DNA from: Neorhizobium sp. | GTDB lineage: Bacteria; Pseudomonadota; Alphaproteobacteria; Rhizobiales; Rhizobiaceae | Direction: 5' to 3' | Length of the DNA stretch: 64,000 bases | Assembly (NCBI GenBank): GCA_028283725.1 | Contig: JAPWKC010000002.1 | Location: forward strand, 341,025 to 405,024 | Part shown: one piece after another, positions 18,701-28,165 of the stretch | Layout of the letters: every line of letters starts with the position of its first letter | Numbering within the stretch: the first letter of the stretch is position 1 | Made by a program: the position numbers and the translations under genes | Notes under the pieces: model-generated | Database searches by the model: none | What the model saw: the letters and a program-made list of their open reading frames with translations, nothing else | What the model was told of the DNA's origin: nothing

Positions 18701-21700
18701 CTGAGCGCGCCCATTTGGGCAGTTGTCAGCGCGGCCACCTGTTTGGTCGTCAGGCCCGAGATTGCCGATGTCGTCAGCGCGTCGATCTGATCGGTAGACA
18801 TGGCGGCGATAGCCGCCGTCGACAGTCCGGGTATGACGGCGCTGGTGATGGCGGCAATATCTGCGGTGGACATGGCGGCGATATCATCCGCGTCGATCAC
18901 CGTCAGCTGGTCGCTCGTCGTATTCTTGATCTGGGCGGACGACAGAGCCGCGATCTGGTCAGAGCTCAAGGCACTGATCTGCTTGGTCGTCAGCGCCGCG
19001 ATGCTGGCGGTGTTGAGCGCTGCGATCTGGGCCGTCGTCAGCGATGCGATCGTGTCGGACGACAGGCCGGTGATCGCGTCCGATGTGATGGCCGAGATGT
19101 CCTTTGTCGAGAAGGTCGCGATGTCGTCGGTGCCGAAGGCAGAGAGCTGCGCCGAGCTCAGGGCGGCAACCTGCAAGGACGTCAGGGCTTCCGCCTGGGC
19201 CGTCGTGAGCGTGATGACCTGCTTTGTCGAAAGGCCGGCCATGCCGGAGGCGCTGATCGCACTGATCTGTGCGGTCGAGAACAGCGCCAGGTCATCCGTT
19301 TCGAGTGCGGAGATCTGCGTCGAATTCAGTGCGGAGATCTGCTTCGTCGTCAGCGCTGCGATCTGGTCGGTGCTGAGAGCGACGACCTGCCCCGTTGTCA
19401 GGCCGCTGATGCCGTGGCTCGAAAGCGCAGCAATCTGGCTTGCGGACAGGCTGGCGATCGTCGCCGTGGAGATGCCGGAAATCGCCGAGGACGTGATCGC
19501 GGCGATATCCTGCGTCGAGAATGTCGCGAGATCGTCGGCGCCGAATGCGGAAAGCTGGGTCGAGGACAATGCCGCGATCTGGGTGGATGACAGGGCGGCG
19601 GCCTGAGCCGTGCCGAGGGCGGCGATCTGTTTCGTCGTGAGGCCGGTGACGGCCGAGGTGCTGAGGGCGGCAATCTGCGCCGTCGACAGGCTTGCGACTG
19701 TATCTGTCGCCAGTCCTGATACGGCCGCCGACGAAATGGCGGCAATATCCTTGGTGGCGAACGTCGCCAGATCGTCGGCACCCAGCGCCGAGATCTGCGT
19801 CGAGTTGAGAGCGGCAACCTGCGTGGATGACAAGGCTTCCGTCTGGCTGGTGCTCAGCGCCGCGATCTGCTTGGTCGAGAGCCCGGTAACGGCACCGGAG
19901 CTGAGAGCGGCAATCTGTGCCGTCGAGAATGCGGCGATCTCGCCGGTGTCGAGTGCGGAGATCTGCGTCGATTTCAGCACGGCAATCTGCTTGGTGCTCA
20001 TGGCCGAGATCTGGCCGGTGGAAAGTGCCGCCAGTTGTTCGTCGCCGAGCCCCGGAATGGCGCTGGTGCTGAGCGCTGCGATCTGAGCGCTCGACAATAC
20101 CGCGATGTCGCCCGTTTCGAGGGCGGCGACCTGGGTGGAGCTCAAGGCGGCGATCTGCTTCGTGCTGAGCGCTGCGACCTGACCCGTGGTCAGCGAGCCG
20201 ATCTGGTCTGCGGTCAGCCCGGCAAGGCCGGTCGAGCTCAAGACGGCAAGCTGCGCCGTTGACAAGACGGCGATTGCAGAGGACGACAGACCGGAAACGG
20301 CGCTTGCGCTCAACGCGGCGATATCGCGGGTGGAAAGCGATGCGACGTTGGCGGTGGTAAGGCCGGCGATCTGGGTCGACGTCAGGGCTGCAATCTGACC
20401 GGTCGAAAGGGCGCCAATCTGGCTCGACGTCAGCGCTTCCATCTGCTCGGCTGTCAGGCCGGTCACGCCCAATGTGCTGAGCGCGGCCATCTGCGCCGTC
20501 GAAATTGCAGAAAGGTCGTCGATCTCGATCGCGGAGACCTGCTTGGAGCTCAGCGAGCCGATCTGATTTGTCGAAAGAGAGGCGATCTGGGCGCTGGAAA
20601 GAGTGTCGATCTGATCGGTCGTCAGACGGACGATCTGGGTCGTCTTCAACGCCAGAAGCTGGGCGGATGACAATGCGGCGACAACTTCCGTCGGCAGGCC
20701 GGCGATGCTTGCCGCCGCGATGGCGCTGATGTCGGCGGTCGACATGGCGGCAAGGCCATTGGTATTGAGAACGCTGATTTGTGCAGAACTGAGAACTGCG
20801 ATCTGCGCCGTCGTCAGTGCGCCGATCTGGGTGGCCGAGAGCGCGCTTACCTGATCGGTTTTCATCGCCTGCAGCGCCTTGGAGGTCAATGCGGCGATCT
20901 GCCGTGTCGAAAGCGCGGCGATCAGGTCGTCGTCGAGACCGAGTGCGGCATTGGTGCTCAGCATCGCCATGTCGGCGGTGGAGAATGTCGCGATGTCCTC
21001 CGGGTCGAGTGCGGCAATCTGGGTGGAGGTGAGCGCTGCCACCTGGGTGGAGCTGAAAGCTTCGACCTGTGCGGAATTGAGTGCAGAGATCTGGTCGGCT
21101 GTCAGCTTCTTGACCGCGGCAACACTGAGGGCCGCCACCTGCGCGGTGGACATCGCCGCGACGTTCTCGGTCGCGAGCGCGCCGATCTGCTTCGATGACA
21201 GTACCGCGATCTGCGCCGTCGACAGGACGGAGACCTGGTCGATGGAGAGGACATCGATCTGCGACGTCGTCAGGCTGGCGACCGCAACGGTCCCCATGGC
21301 TGCGATCTGGTCGGTTGTAAGATAGGTGATCGCCATCGTCGACAGGCCGGCGATAGCCTTGCTCATCGCCGCCATGTCGGCGGTGGAGAACATGGCGATG
21401 TCTTCGGCATCGAAGGCGGCGAGCTGGGTGGATGTCAGCGCCTTGACCTGCGTGCTGGTCAGGGCCTCCGCCTGTTCCGCCGAAAGGGCGGTGATCTGGG
21501 CTGTCGTGAGGGCGGTGATCGCTGCCGTGCTGAGTGCGGCGACCTGATCGGTCGAGAAGGCCGATATCTGGTCTGCGGCGAGACCCTTCATCGCTGTCTT
21601 GCTGATCGCCGCTATATCGGCAGTCGAAAAGGTCGCAATTTCATCCGGCTCTAGCACCGCTATCTGCGCCGAAGTCAGCGCCTTGACCTGTGCGCTCGTC

Positions 21701-22851
21701 AAGGCCTCGACCTGATCAGTCGAGAGGGCCGAGATCTGGGCCGTCTTCAGCGAGGCAATCGCTGCCGTATTGAGCGCTGCGATCTGATCTGTCGTCAGCG
21801 CTTCGAAGTCGTCGGTATCGAATACGGCGATCTGTACCGAGCGCAATGCACCGATCTGGCTCGTCGATAGTGCGGAGATCTGTTCGGCGGAAAGGCTTGC
21901 GATCTGCTTGGTGGACAGGTTTGAGATGGCGCCTGTGGATAGCGCGGCAAGCTGGTCCGTGGACAGGGCGGCGGCGGCATCGGTCGTCATGCCGGCAATC
22001 GTCTTGCTGGTGATGACGGCCATTTCGGCGGTCGTGAACGTGGCGATGTCGTCCGCGCCGAGCGCCGACATCTGCGTCGAGGTCATTGCCTTGATCTGCG
22101 TCGATCCGAGGGCTGCAACCTGGTCGGTCGATAACGCATCGATCTGCAATGTTGTCAGGCTGGTGAAGGCGCTGGTGCTGAGCGCGGCAATCTGCGTACT
22201 GGAAAGGAGGGTGATCGCATCGGTCGTCAAGGCCGCGATCTGCGTGCCGCGCAAAGCACCGATCTGCGCTGTCGTCAGCGCCGCGAGCTGGTCTGGCGAC
22301 AGGGCGCCGATCTGTGCGGTGGTCAATACCTTCATGACGCCGGTATTGAGGGAAGCGATCTGATCCGTGGAGAGCGAAGCAAGCACGTCCGTCGACATGC
22401 CCCAGATCGCGCCGGTGTTGATGGCTGCGATATCATCGAGCGAGAACGTCGCGAGATCTTCGGCGCTGAGCCCCGCCATCTGCGCCGATGTCATCGCCTT
22501 GATCTGCGTCGGCGTCAGCGCTTCGGCCTGGTCTGCCGACAGCGATGCGATCTGGGCGCTGGTCAGGCCGGAGATCTGCGTCGATTTGAAACTCTGGATA
22601 TCGTACTGGTCGAGCACGGCGAGCTGATCGAAGGTGAGGCCGCTGATCGCGGATTTCGAAATGGCGCCGAGCTGCTCAGAATCCAGCACGTCGATGTCTT
22701 CCGTATCGAACGCCGCGATCTGGCTCGATGAAAACGCGCTCATCTGCTGGGTGGTCAGCGATGCGACGTCGTCGGTGGACCACGCTGCGATCGTGGCGGT
22801 CGAAAGCGACCTGATCTGGGTGTTCGTCAACGAAGAGATGGAGCTGGTCAT
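15772..22851 (-). CDS. Giant (2359 aa) Ser/Thr/Ala-rich octapeptide-repeat protein (consensus STAQIAAL); function unknown
   Basis: 7080-nt uninterrupted ORF. Repeats begin at Met 22851 (AGGGA upstream) and run to the C-terminus; the upstream 47 codons of the ORF-track call look non-coding. Confidence 0.85.
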   Translation of the reverse strand: MTSSISSLTNTQIRSLSTATIAAWSTDDVASLTTQQMSAFSSSQIAAFDTEDIDVLDSEQLGAISKSAISGLTFDQLAVLDQYDIQSFKSTQISGLTSAQIASLSADQAEALTPTQIKAMTSAQMAGLSAEDLATFSLDDIAAINTGAIWGMSTDVLASLSTDQIASLNTGVMKVLTTAQIGALSPDQLAALTTAQIGALRGTQIAALTTDAITLLSSTQIAALSTSAFTSLTTLQIDALSTDQVAALGSTQIKAMTSTQMSALGADDIATFTTAEMAVITSKTIAGMTTDAAAALSTDQLAALSTGAISNLSTKQIASLSAEQISALSTSQIGALRSVQIAVFDTDDFEALTTDQIAALNTAAIASLKTAQISALSTDQVEALTSAQVKALTSAQIAVLEPDEIATFSTADIAAISKTAMKGLAADQISAFSTDQVAALSTAAITALTTAQITALSAEQAEALTSTQVKALTSTQLAAFDAEDIAMFSTADMAAMSKAIAGLSTMAITYLTTDQIAAMGTVAVASLTTSQIDVLSIDQVSVLSTAQIAVLSSKQIGALATENVAAMSTAQVAALSVAAVKKLTADQISALNSAQVEAFSSTQVAALTSTQIAALDPEDIATFSTADMAMLSTNAALGLDDDLIAALSTRQIAALTSKALQAMKTDQVSALSATQIGALTTAQIAVLSSAQISVLNTNGLAAMSTADISAIAAASIAGLPTEVVAALSSAQLLALKTTQIVRLTTDQIDTLSSAQIASLSTNQIGSLSSKQVSAIEIDDLSAISTAQMAALSTLGVTGLTAEQMEALTSSQIGALSTGQIAALTSTQIAGLTTANVASLSTRDIAALSASAVSGLSSSAIAVLSTAQLAVLSSTGLAGLTADQIGSLTTGQVAALSTKQIAALSSTQVAALETGDIAVLSSAQIAALSTSAIPGLGDEQLAALSTGQISAMSTKQIAVLKSTQISALDTGEIAAFSTAQIAALSSGAVTGLSTKQIAALSTSQTEALSSTQVAALNSTQISALGADDLATFATKDIAAISSAAVSGLATDTVASLSTAQIAALSTSAVTGLTTKQIAALGTAQAAALSSTQIAALSSTQLSAFGADDLATFSTQDIAAITSSAISGISTATIASLSASQIAALSSHGISGLTTGQVVALSTDQIAALTTKQISALNSTQISALETDDLALFSTAQISAISASGMAGLSTKQVITLTTAQAEALTSLQVAALSSAQLSAFGTDDIATFSTKDISAITSDAITGLSSDTIASLTTAQIAALNTASIAALTTKQISALSSDQIAALSSAQIKNTTSDQLTVIDADDIAAMSTADIAAITSAVIPGLSTAAIAAMSTDQIDALTTSAISGLTTKQVAALTTAQMGALSAEQMAALGSSQIAALSTGDIAVLTDEQITAISTAGAAGLTTGQISTMTTEQVEALSSSQIAVLTSKQIAALGADDLATLSTSDVAAIQSAAIPGLSTAALAGLSADQIAAISTAAVIGLSSTQIAALTTLQAQALSTGQISALTSQQVKALTTADLATFTTAQVAAIGTAGIAGLTTAQISTMTTEQTEALSSTQIAALTSTQISALGTDDLATFSTKEIAAIGSTAIAGLSTTTIASLTTAQVAAFSTAGITGLTTTQVATLSAAQAAALTTAQVAALASKQVAALSTADIAALSTNQIAALSTGGVAGLSATQITSLSTDQAEALGSTQIAVLTSTQIAALGLDDLDTFSTADIAAITSTAMSGLSSATIASLSIDQVAALSITGIPGLTSVQMGALTTDQIAAMTTAQIAALTSKQVSALGTASIAALSTAQIVAMTTSGIAGLTSTQITTMTTEQVEALSSTQVAALSSTQIGALGMDDFEVFSTEDIAAISSTGVWGLSTTTLAALTTDQIAALGTAGVAGLSTSQIGALSTAQVEALTSSQVGALTSKQIAVLSSDAFATFSTADIAAITASAMAGLSTSILSTLTTDKIALLSTSAISGLTTGQVAALTTEQIDTLSTGQISVFGSKQAAALSTDDIAALSTAQIAALSTAAVAGLTSGQTDALSNEQIAALSSGQIAALSSSGLAGLTAEDLEHLSVGGLSAISSSAIAGLSPDFIAALSPTEISEMSTTFIAGLTSTQIGALSPEQVDAMSTDQIAALSHSGLAGLTVDDLARFSTTDLAAINPSSIGGLSTAVIASLTSGEIAVLSASQVAALNYNQILAMSTSQIDSLSSTQLAALTAVQTAALGTDDIALLSTSEIAGLSTSAISGLTTFVISSLTTAQAEALTPAQVTALTSTQVAALSTSELATFSLEDIAAFSATGIAGLSTNDISHLSNAQLDTLMASQMGSLNSDQVAAVINAYLATG
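15775..22851 (-). repeat. Degenerate 24-bp coding tandem repeat with 168/240-bp higher-order modules
   Basis: gcgatctg-like motif recurring every 24 nt on the + strand; module starts at 19878, 19638, 19398 and 19230 (240, 240, 168 bp apart). Confidence 0.85.
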
Positions 22852-23088
22852 TCTTGCTGAATTTCCCTGGTCATTGTCCGTTTCGAGTATTCGCCACCGA
22901 CAGGCCGGAAAGGGGTCCGGTCCCTGGCCAGTCTTGCGCATGCGCGACAGGGAATAACGGCCACACGCAATGACCCCACACCCCGCCACCATGGAGTTGT
23001 AGGGATGCCAACTTGCCCGAAACTGTAGTTTTGCCCCGATCGTTGGTTGATTTCACGCCTGCGGCAAAACCGTAAGGAGAAACGGAAA

Positions 23089-23118
23089 GGGCCGTAGCGC
23101 GGTTATGCGCTACGGCCC
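23089..23118 (-). terminator. Rho-independent terminator of the pxp/carboxylase operon
   Basis: GGGCCGTAGCGC-ggttat-GCGCTACGGCCC followed by TTTCCGTTTC on the minus strand. Confidence 0.7.
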
Positions 23119-23178
23119 GAAATCCTTCCTGTGGAACCTTTGGGCGGAAACCTGTACCGGCTTGCGCAAGGCCGATCG

Positions 23179-24906
23179 TCAGGTTTCGAACGTGATCAGG
23201 ATATCACCGGCCTGAACGTAGTCACCGAGCTTGGTGCGCAGCTTTGCCTTGCCCGTCTGGGTGGCAATCACCTGCGTTTCCATCTTCATGGCCTCCAGCA
23301 CCGCCAAAAGCGTGCCTTCTTCCACCAGATCGCCGTCTGCGACATTCAGCGACTGTACCGTGCCGGATACCGGTGCTGTGACACCGGCTTCGGCGGCCTG
23401 CGCCTGCGCAGATGCCGTTGCAGCGCCGCCGCCCGATGAAGCAAGGCCGGCGAGAAGCACGGATGGCAGGCCGACGGAGACACGCTTGCCGTCGATTTCC
23501 AGATAGGTGCGGACGAGCGTCGTATCTTGCGCCGGCTCGGGACGTTCCATGGCCTCGAGCGTTGCGGCAAACGTCGTCTCGATCCAGCGGGTGTGAACCT
23601 TGAGCTCATCCGGACTGACGAAATCCTCGGCTTCGAGAACCGCGCGATGGAACGGCAGGACGGTCGCGATACCCTCGATCCTGAATTCCTTCAGCGCCCG
23701 GCGGGCCCGGTGGATCACCTGTTCGCGTGTGGCGCCCGTGACGATCAGCTTGGCGACGAGGCTGTCGAAGACGCCGGGAACGGCAAAGCCCGCCGCCACA
23801 CCGCTGTCGAGCCTGATGCCGGGGCCGGCCGGAGGGTCGAAAGCGGTGATTGCGCCAGGCGTCGGCAGGAAGCCGCGGCCCGGATCTTCTGCATTGATGC
23901 GGAACTCCATAGAGTGGCCACGCGGCACGGGCGTTTCGAGCACGGTGAGCGGCAGGCCTTCGGCAATCCGGAACTGCTCGATGACGAGATCGATGCCGGT
24001 CGTCTCCTCGGTGACGGGATGCTCGACTTGCAACCGGGTATTGACTTCGAGGAACGAGATCGTGCCGTCGATGCCGAGCAGGAACTCGACCGTGCCGGCA
24101 CCTGAATAACCGGCTGCCGCACAGATCGCCTTCGACGCCTCATGCACCTTGCGGCGCTGCTCGTCCGACAGGAAGGGGGCGGGCGCCTCCTCGACCAGTT
24201 TCTGGTTGCGGCGTTGCAGCGAGCAGTCGCGGGTGCCGACGACGAGAACGTTGCCATGCTTGTCTGCGATCACCTGCGCCTCGATATGGCGGGGACGATC
24301 GAGAAACCGTTCGAGGAAACATTCGCCCCGACCGAAGGCCGCCGTCGCTTCGCGCACGGCGGATGCATAGAGATCGGTGATCTCTTCCATCTTCCAGGCA
24401 ACCTTGAGGCCGCGCCCGCCGCCGCCATGGGCAGCCTTGATGGCAATCGGAAGGCCGTTCTCCTTGGCAAAGGCGATGACCTCTTCGGCCGAAGACACCG
24501 GCCCGTCGCTGCCGGCAACGAGCGGCGCGCCGACGGAGCGCGCGATACGGCGTGCCTCCACCTTGTCGCCCAGTGCCTCGATGACCGAGGGATCCGGGCC
24601 GATCCAGGTCAGACCCGCATCGATCACCGCCTTGGCAAATTCGGCGCGCTCCGACAGGAAGCCGTAGCCGGGATGGACGGCATCCGCGCCCGAGCGTTTC
24701 GCGATGTCGATCAGCTTGCCGATATCGAGATAGGTCTCCGCTGGCCGTATGCCGGCAAGCCCGTAGGCTTCATCGGCCATCTGGACGAAGGGAGCACTCT
24801 GATCAGGGTCGGCATAAACGGCAACCGAGATCAGGCCGTAATCGCGGCAAGCGCGGATGATGCGCACGGCGATCTCGCCGCGGTTGGCAATCAGCACCTT
24901 CTTCAT
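23179..24906 (-). CDS. Biotin carboxylase-biotin carrier fusion (acyl-CoA carboxylase alpha-type)
   Basis: [48 protein letters not shown] biotinyl-Lys. Confidence 0.95.
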   Translation of the reverse strand: MKKVLIANRGEIAVRIIRACRDYGLISVAVYADPDQSAPFVQMADEAYGLAGIRPAETYLDIGKLIDIAKRSGADAVHPGYGFLSERAEFAKAVIDAGLTWIGPDPSVIEALGDKVEARRIARSVGAPLVAGSDGPVSSAEEVIAFAKENGLPIAIKAAHGGGGRGLKVAWKMEEITDLYASAVREATAAFGRGECFLERFLDRPRHIEAQVIADKHGNVLVVGTRDCSLQRRNQKLVEEAPAPFLSDEQRRKVHEASKAICAAAGYSGAGTVEFLLGIDGTISFLEVNTRLQVEHPVTEETTGIDLVIEQFRIAEGLPLTVLETPVPRGHSMEFRINAEDPGRGFLPTPGAITAFDPPAGPGIRLDSGVAAGFAVPGVFDSLVAKLIVTGATREQVIHRARRALKEFRIEGIATVLPFHRAVLEAEDFVSPDELKVHTRWIETTFAATLEAMERPEPAQDTTLVRTYLEIDGKRVSVGLPSVLLAGLASSGGGAATASAQAQAAEAGVTAPVSGTVQSLNVADGDLVEEGTLLAVLEAMKMETQVIATQTGKAKLRTKLGDYVQAGDILITFET

Positions 24907-24923
24907 GGGTGTCTCCTCGACGT

Positions 24924-26528
24924 TCAGGCGTTCTTGTCCGGCACGATCTCGGCAAAGGGCGCGATCGGGCGGAAACGGATTTTTGCATTGATGGGCAGCT
25001 GGCCGGCAATATCGAGATGATATTCGGCAACGGCGCCGATGACCGGATAGCCCCCCGTCAGCGGGTGGTCGGCCAGAAACAACACGGGCTGGCCGTTGGG
25101 GGGGATCTGGATTGCGCCCGTCGCCGTACCTTCGCTCGGCAATTCGGCATTGTTGGTGCGCTCTACGGGCGTTTCGCCTGCGAGCCGGATGCCGATCCGG
25201 TTCGACTGCGGCGTGACCTGCCAGATCTGGCCGGCGAGTGTTTCAAGACCCTTTTGCGTGCACCAGTCGGTGCGGGGCCCAAGCACGACGTCGAGTGTCA
25301 CGACGTCTTTGACAGTCGGGAAGTCGAAAGCCGGGGCTTCGAAGATCGAAACGCTGGCGAGATCGTGCATGTCCGTCTTGAGGCCGAGAACCGTGCCGGC
25401 CTTGACCAGCGCTGGCCCGACGACGGCGAGCGTATCTGTTGCCGCGCTGCCGAGGATCGGTGTGACGGCAAAGCCGCCGCGCACCGACAGATAGCTCCGC
25501 ATGCCACGCTCGGGATTGCCGATGGTCACGATATCGCCGGGCTCGATGGAGATCGGCTCATAGGCCGGCCGCGTGATCGATTGCCCCTTGGCGGTAATCA
25601 TCACGGGGCAGGGTGCGCCGGTGAGGCCAATCACCGTACGCGCGCTGCTTTCGAAGGAGAAACCACCGAGGACCAGTTCGAGACAGGGCGTGCCGGCCGG
25701 ATTGCCGGTCAGGCGGTTCGCTGCGTTGAAGGACGCCTGGTCGAGCGCGCCGGACGCCGAAACGCCCTGGCCCGTCTGGCCGAAGCGCCCGAGATCCTGG
25801 AATGTCGCCGGAAGCGGCGACGCCAGAACCTTGAAATGGGGGCCGGCCTCAAGGGCGTGGTCGTTGGCGGGTGAGACCGATTTCGCGGTCTCCATGGCGA
25901 TCGGTGGCTGGCGTCTGGCGATGTCGTAGAAGCGGACACGGTAGCCGGGCTGAAGGAGGGCGCCGGGTTCGCGGTCGATATCCCACATTCTTTCCGGCGT
26001 GGTGCCGATGATCTGCCAGCCGCCGGGGCTCGCCTGTGGGTAGACGCCGCTGAACGGGCCTGCGAGCGCTACGGAACCGGCCGGAATGCGGGTGCGCGGG
26101 CTCTGCCGGCGCGGCACATGCAAAGCCGGATCGCCGCCGGCGAGATAGCCGAAGCCCGGCGCGAAGCCGCAGAAGGCAACGGTGAATTCGCTTTCGGTAT
26201 GGCGGCGGATGACTTCCTCGACGGAAAGGCCGGTATGGCCGGCCACATCGGCAAGATCCTCGCCGTCGTAACGGACGGCGATCTCGACGAGCTTGTCGGA
26301 TGGTTCAGGCTTGACCGAAAGATCGCGCTTGCTGATGGCGGTCGCCAGTTGCACGGCGCTGACCACGTCTGGCCGGAAGCGGATCATCACGGTGCGCGCG
26401 GCCGGTACCGCTTCCTCGATACCGTCGATCGGATCGGCGGCAAGCGAGGCGAAGAGGGCAAGCGTCTCGTCGAGATCGGCAAGCTCGACGAGGATGGTGG
26501 TGAGGCTGACGGGGAGAAAACGGATCAT
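24924..26528 (-). CDS. PxpB-PxpC fusion (allophanate hydrolase 1+2 / urea amidolyase family)
   Basis: [27 protein letters not shown] (PxpB); [24 protein letters not shown] (PxpC). Alternative start at 26540. Confidence 0.9.
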   Translation of the reverse strand: MIRFLPVSLTTILVELADLDETLALFASLAADPIDGIEEAVPAARTVMIRFRPDVVSAVQLATAISKRDLSVKPEPSDKLVEIAVRYDGEDLADVAGHTGLSVEEVIRRHTESEFTVAFCGFAPGFGYLAGGDPALHVPRRQSPRTRIPAGSVALAGPFSGVYPQASPGGWQIIGTTPERMWDIDREPGALLQPGYRVRFYDIARRQPPIAMETAKSVSPANDHALEAGPHFKVLASPLPATFQDLGRFGQTGQGVSASGALDQASFNAANRLTGNPAGTPCLELVLGGFSFESSARTVIGLTGAPCPVMITAKGQSITRPAYEPISIEPGDIVTIGNPERGMRSYLSVRGGFAVTPILGSAATDTLAVVGPALVKAGTVLGLKTDMHDLASVSIFEAPAFDFPTVKDVVTLDVVLGPRTDWCTQKGLETLAGQIWQVTPQSNRIGIRLAGETPVERTNNAELPSEGTATGAIQIPPNGQPVLFLADHPLTGGYPVIGAVAEYHLDIAGQLPINAKIRFRPIAPFAEIVPDKNA

Positions 26529-26532
26529 GTCG

Positions 26533-27342
26533 TCACGCATGGTAGGCGGTGTCGGGAATATCGGTGATGAACATGTGTCCCGGCGCATGGGTGATCGCAA
26601 ACGGCACGCCGGAGGCCATGACGGCTGCCTGGGGCGTGACGCCGCAGGCCCAGAAGACCGGGATCTCACCCGGTTCGATGCGCACGGCATCGCCGAATTC
26701 CGGCTTGGACAGGTCCATGATCCCGAGTTCTTCCGGAGCGCCGACATGCACGGGTGCGCCATGCACGGCCGGGAAACGGCCGGAAATGGTGGCGGCATCG
26801 GCCACGCGCGAAGCCGGGATCGGCCGCATGGAGACGACCATGTTGCCCTTCAGCCGGCCCGCCGGGCGGCAGGGGCGGTTGGTGAGATACATCGGCACGT
26901 TCGACTTGTCCGTCATGTGACGGATCTCGATCCCGGCTTCCACCATCGGCGTCTCGAAGGTGAAGCTGCAACCGATCAGGAAGGAGACAAGATCGTCGCG
27001 CTCTGCCCAGGCCGCCGTCGCGTCGGCGGTCTCTTCGACAAGCTTGCCGTCGCGCCAGATACGGTAGAGCGGCAGATCGGTGCGAAGATCGGCGCCCGGT
27101 GCGAGCAAGGTGGTCGGCGAGCCGGGATCGGAGACATCGAGAACGGGGCAGGGCTTGGGGTTGCGCTGCGCATAAAGAAGAAAGTCGAAAGCCCAGTCGC
27201 GCGGCAAAACGATCATGTTCGCCTGCGTGAAGCCGGGCGCGATGCCCGAGGTCGGGGCGACGAGGCCGTTGCGGTAGGTCGCGCGCGCGTCTTGCGCAGC
27301 GCGGGTATCGACATGGTCGAGAAGGGCGGTCGGGATGGTCAT
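26533..27342 (-). CDS. Putative hydro-lyase, DUF1445 / D-glutamate cyclase (YcsI) family
   Basis: [54 protein letters not shown]. Confidence 0.92.
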   Translation of the reverse strand: MTIPTALLDHVDTRAAQDARATYRNGLVAPTSGIAPGFTQANMIVLPRDWAFDFLLYAQRNPKPCPVLDVSDPGSPTTLLAPGADLRTDLPLYRIWRDGKLVEETADATAAWAERDDLVSFLIGCSFTFETPMVEAGIEIRHMTDKSNVPMYLTNRPCRPAGRLKGNMVVSMRPIPASRVADAATISGRFPAVHGAPVHVGAPEELGIMDLSKPEFGDAVRIEPGEIPVFWACGVTPQAAVMASGVPFAITHAPGHMFITDIPDTAYHA

Positions 27343-27352
27343 CGGTCTCACC

Positions 27353-28120
27353 TCACGCATCGGCCAGAAAGGAACGGATGGAAATACCATCCGCCTCGAA
27401 ACGGCGGCGGATTTCCTTGGCGATGGCGACGGCGCCGGGGCTGTCGCCATGCACGCAGATCGACTGTGCCTCGATACGGATCGTGCTGCCGTCGATCGCT
27501 TCCAGCGTTCCGTTGCGGGCAAGTTGCACCATCCGGTCGGCGATCGCTGCTGCATCGTGAAGGACGGCGCCGGCCTCTCGGCGAGAGACGAGATGGCCTT
27601 GCGGCGTGTAGGCGCGATCGGCAAAGGCTTCTGCGACGGTGGTCAGCCCTGCTTTTTCGGCAAGTTCGAGGATTGGAGCATTGGCAAGCCCCATCAGCAC
27701 GAGCGACGGATCTATCGCCTTGATCGCATCGATGACGGCCTGCCCCTGTTTTGCATCGGTGGCGATCCGGTTGTAAAGGGCGCCATGCGGTTTGACGTAG
27801 CGGACGGAGGTGCCGGCCGCTGCCGCAATGCCCTTGAGCGCGCCGATCTGGTAGATCACATCGGCTTTCAGTTCGTCATAGGTGGCATCCAGATCGCGGC
27901 GGCCGAAGCCGACGCGATCCGGGTAGGAGACATGTGCGCCGACCACGACGCCGCCGGTCGCTGCAGCCTTGACGCTGCGATAGAGCCCGGCCGGATCGCC
28001 GGCATGGAAGCCGCAGGCGATATTAGCACTGGAAACGATCGCCAGCATCGCGGCGTCGTCGCCCATGGTCCAGGCGCCGTAGCTTTCGCCAAGGTCGCTG
28101 TTGAGGTCGATAGCGGTCAT
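27353..28120 (-). CDS. pxpA: 5-oxoprolinase subunit A (LamB/YcsF)
   Basis: [45 protein letters not shown]. Confidence 0.93.
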   Translation of the reverse strand: MTAIDLNSDLGESYGAWTMGDDAAMLAIVSSANIACGFHAGDPAGLYRSVKAAATGGVVVGAHVSYPDRVGFGRRDLDATYDELKADVIYQIGALKGIAAAAGTSVRYVKPHGALYNRIATDAKQGQAVIDAIKAIDPSLVLMGLANAPILELAEKAGLTTVAEAFADRAYTPQGHLVSRREAGAVLHDAAAIADRMVQLARNGTLEAIDGSTIRIEAQSICVHGDSPGAVAIAKEIRRRFEADGISIRSFLADA

Positions 28121-28165
28121 GTCGTGTCTCCTCAGTTTGTATTCATTCTCGGCCGGTGGCCTGCA

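Noticed and set aside
15772-22851. Calling the giant protein an InaZ-type ice nucleation protein, or the DNA a CRISPR array
   Set aside because: It shares only the 8-residue period; there are no AGYGST/TxT motifs or INP terminal domains. The DNA repeats are degenerate, in-frame and lack constant repeats with unique spacers.
15794-22957. Many + strand ORFs with (R/S)AAI(W/C) repeats
   Set aside because: Antisense shadows of the repeat gene, broken by stops.
22852-22992. 47-aa N-terminal extension of the giant ORF given in the ORF track
   Set aside because: Cys/Arg-rich and unlike the rest, with no signal-peptide character; the repeat register starts exactly at Met 22851.
23041-23170. Possible riboswitch (e.g. 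c-di-GMP) upstream of the giant gene
   Set aside because: The only strong hairpin is explained as the terminator of the upstream operon; I recognised no aptamer consensus.
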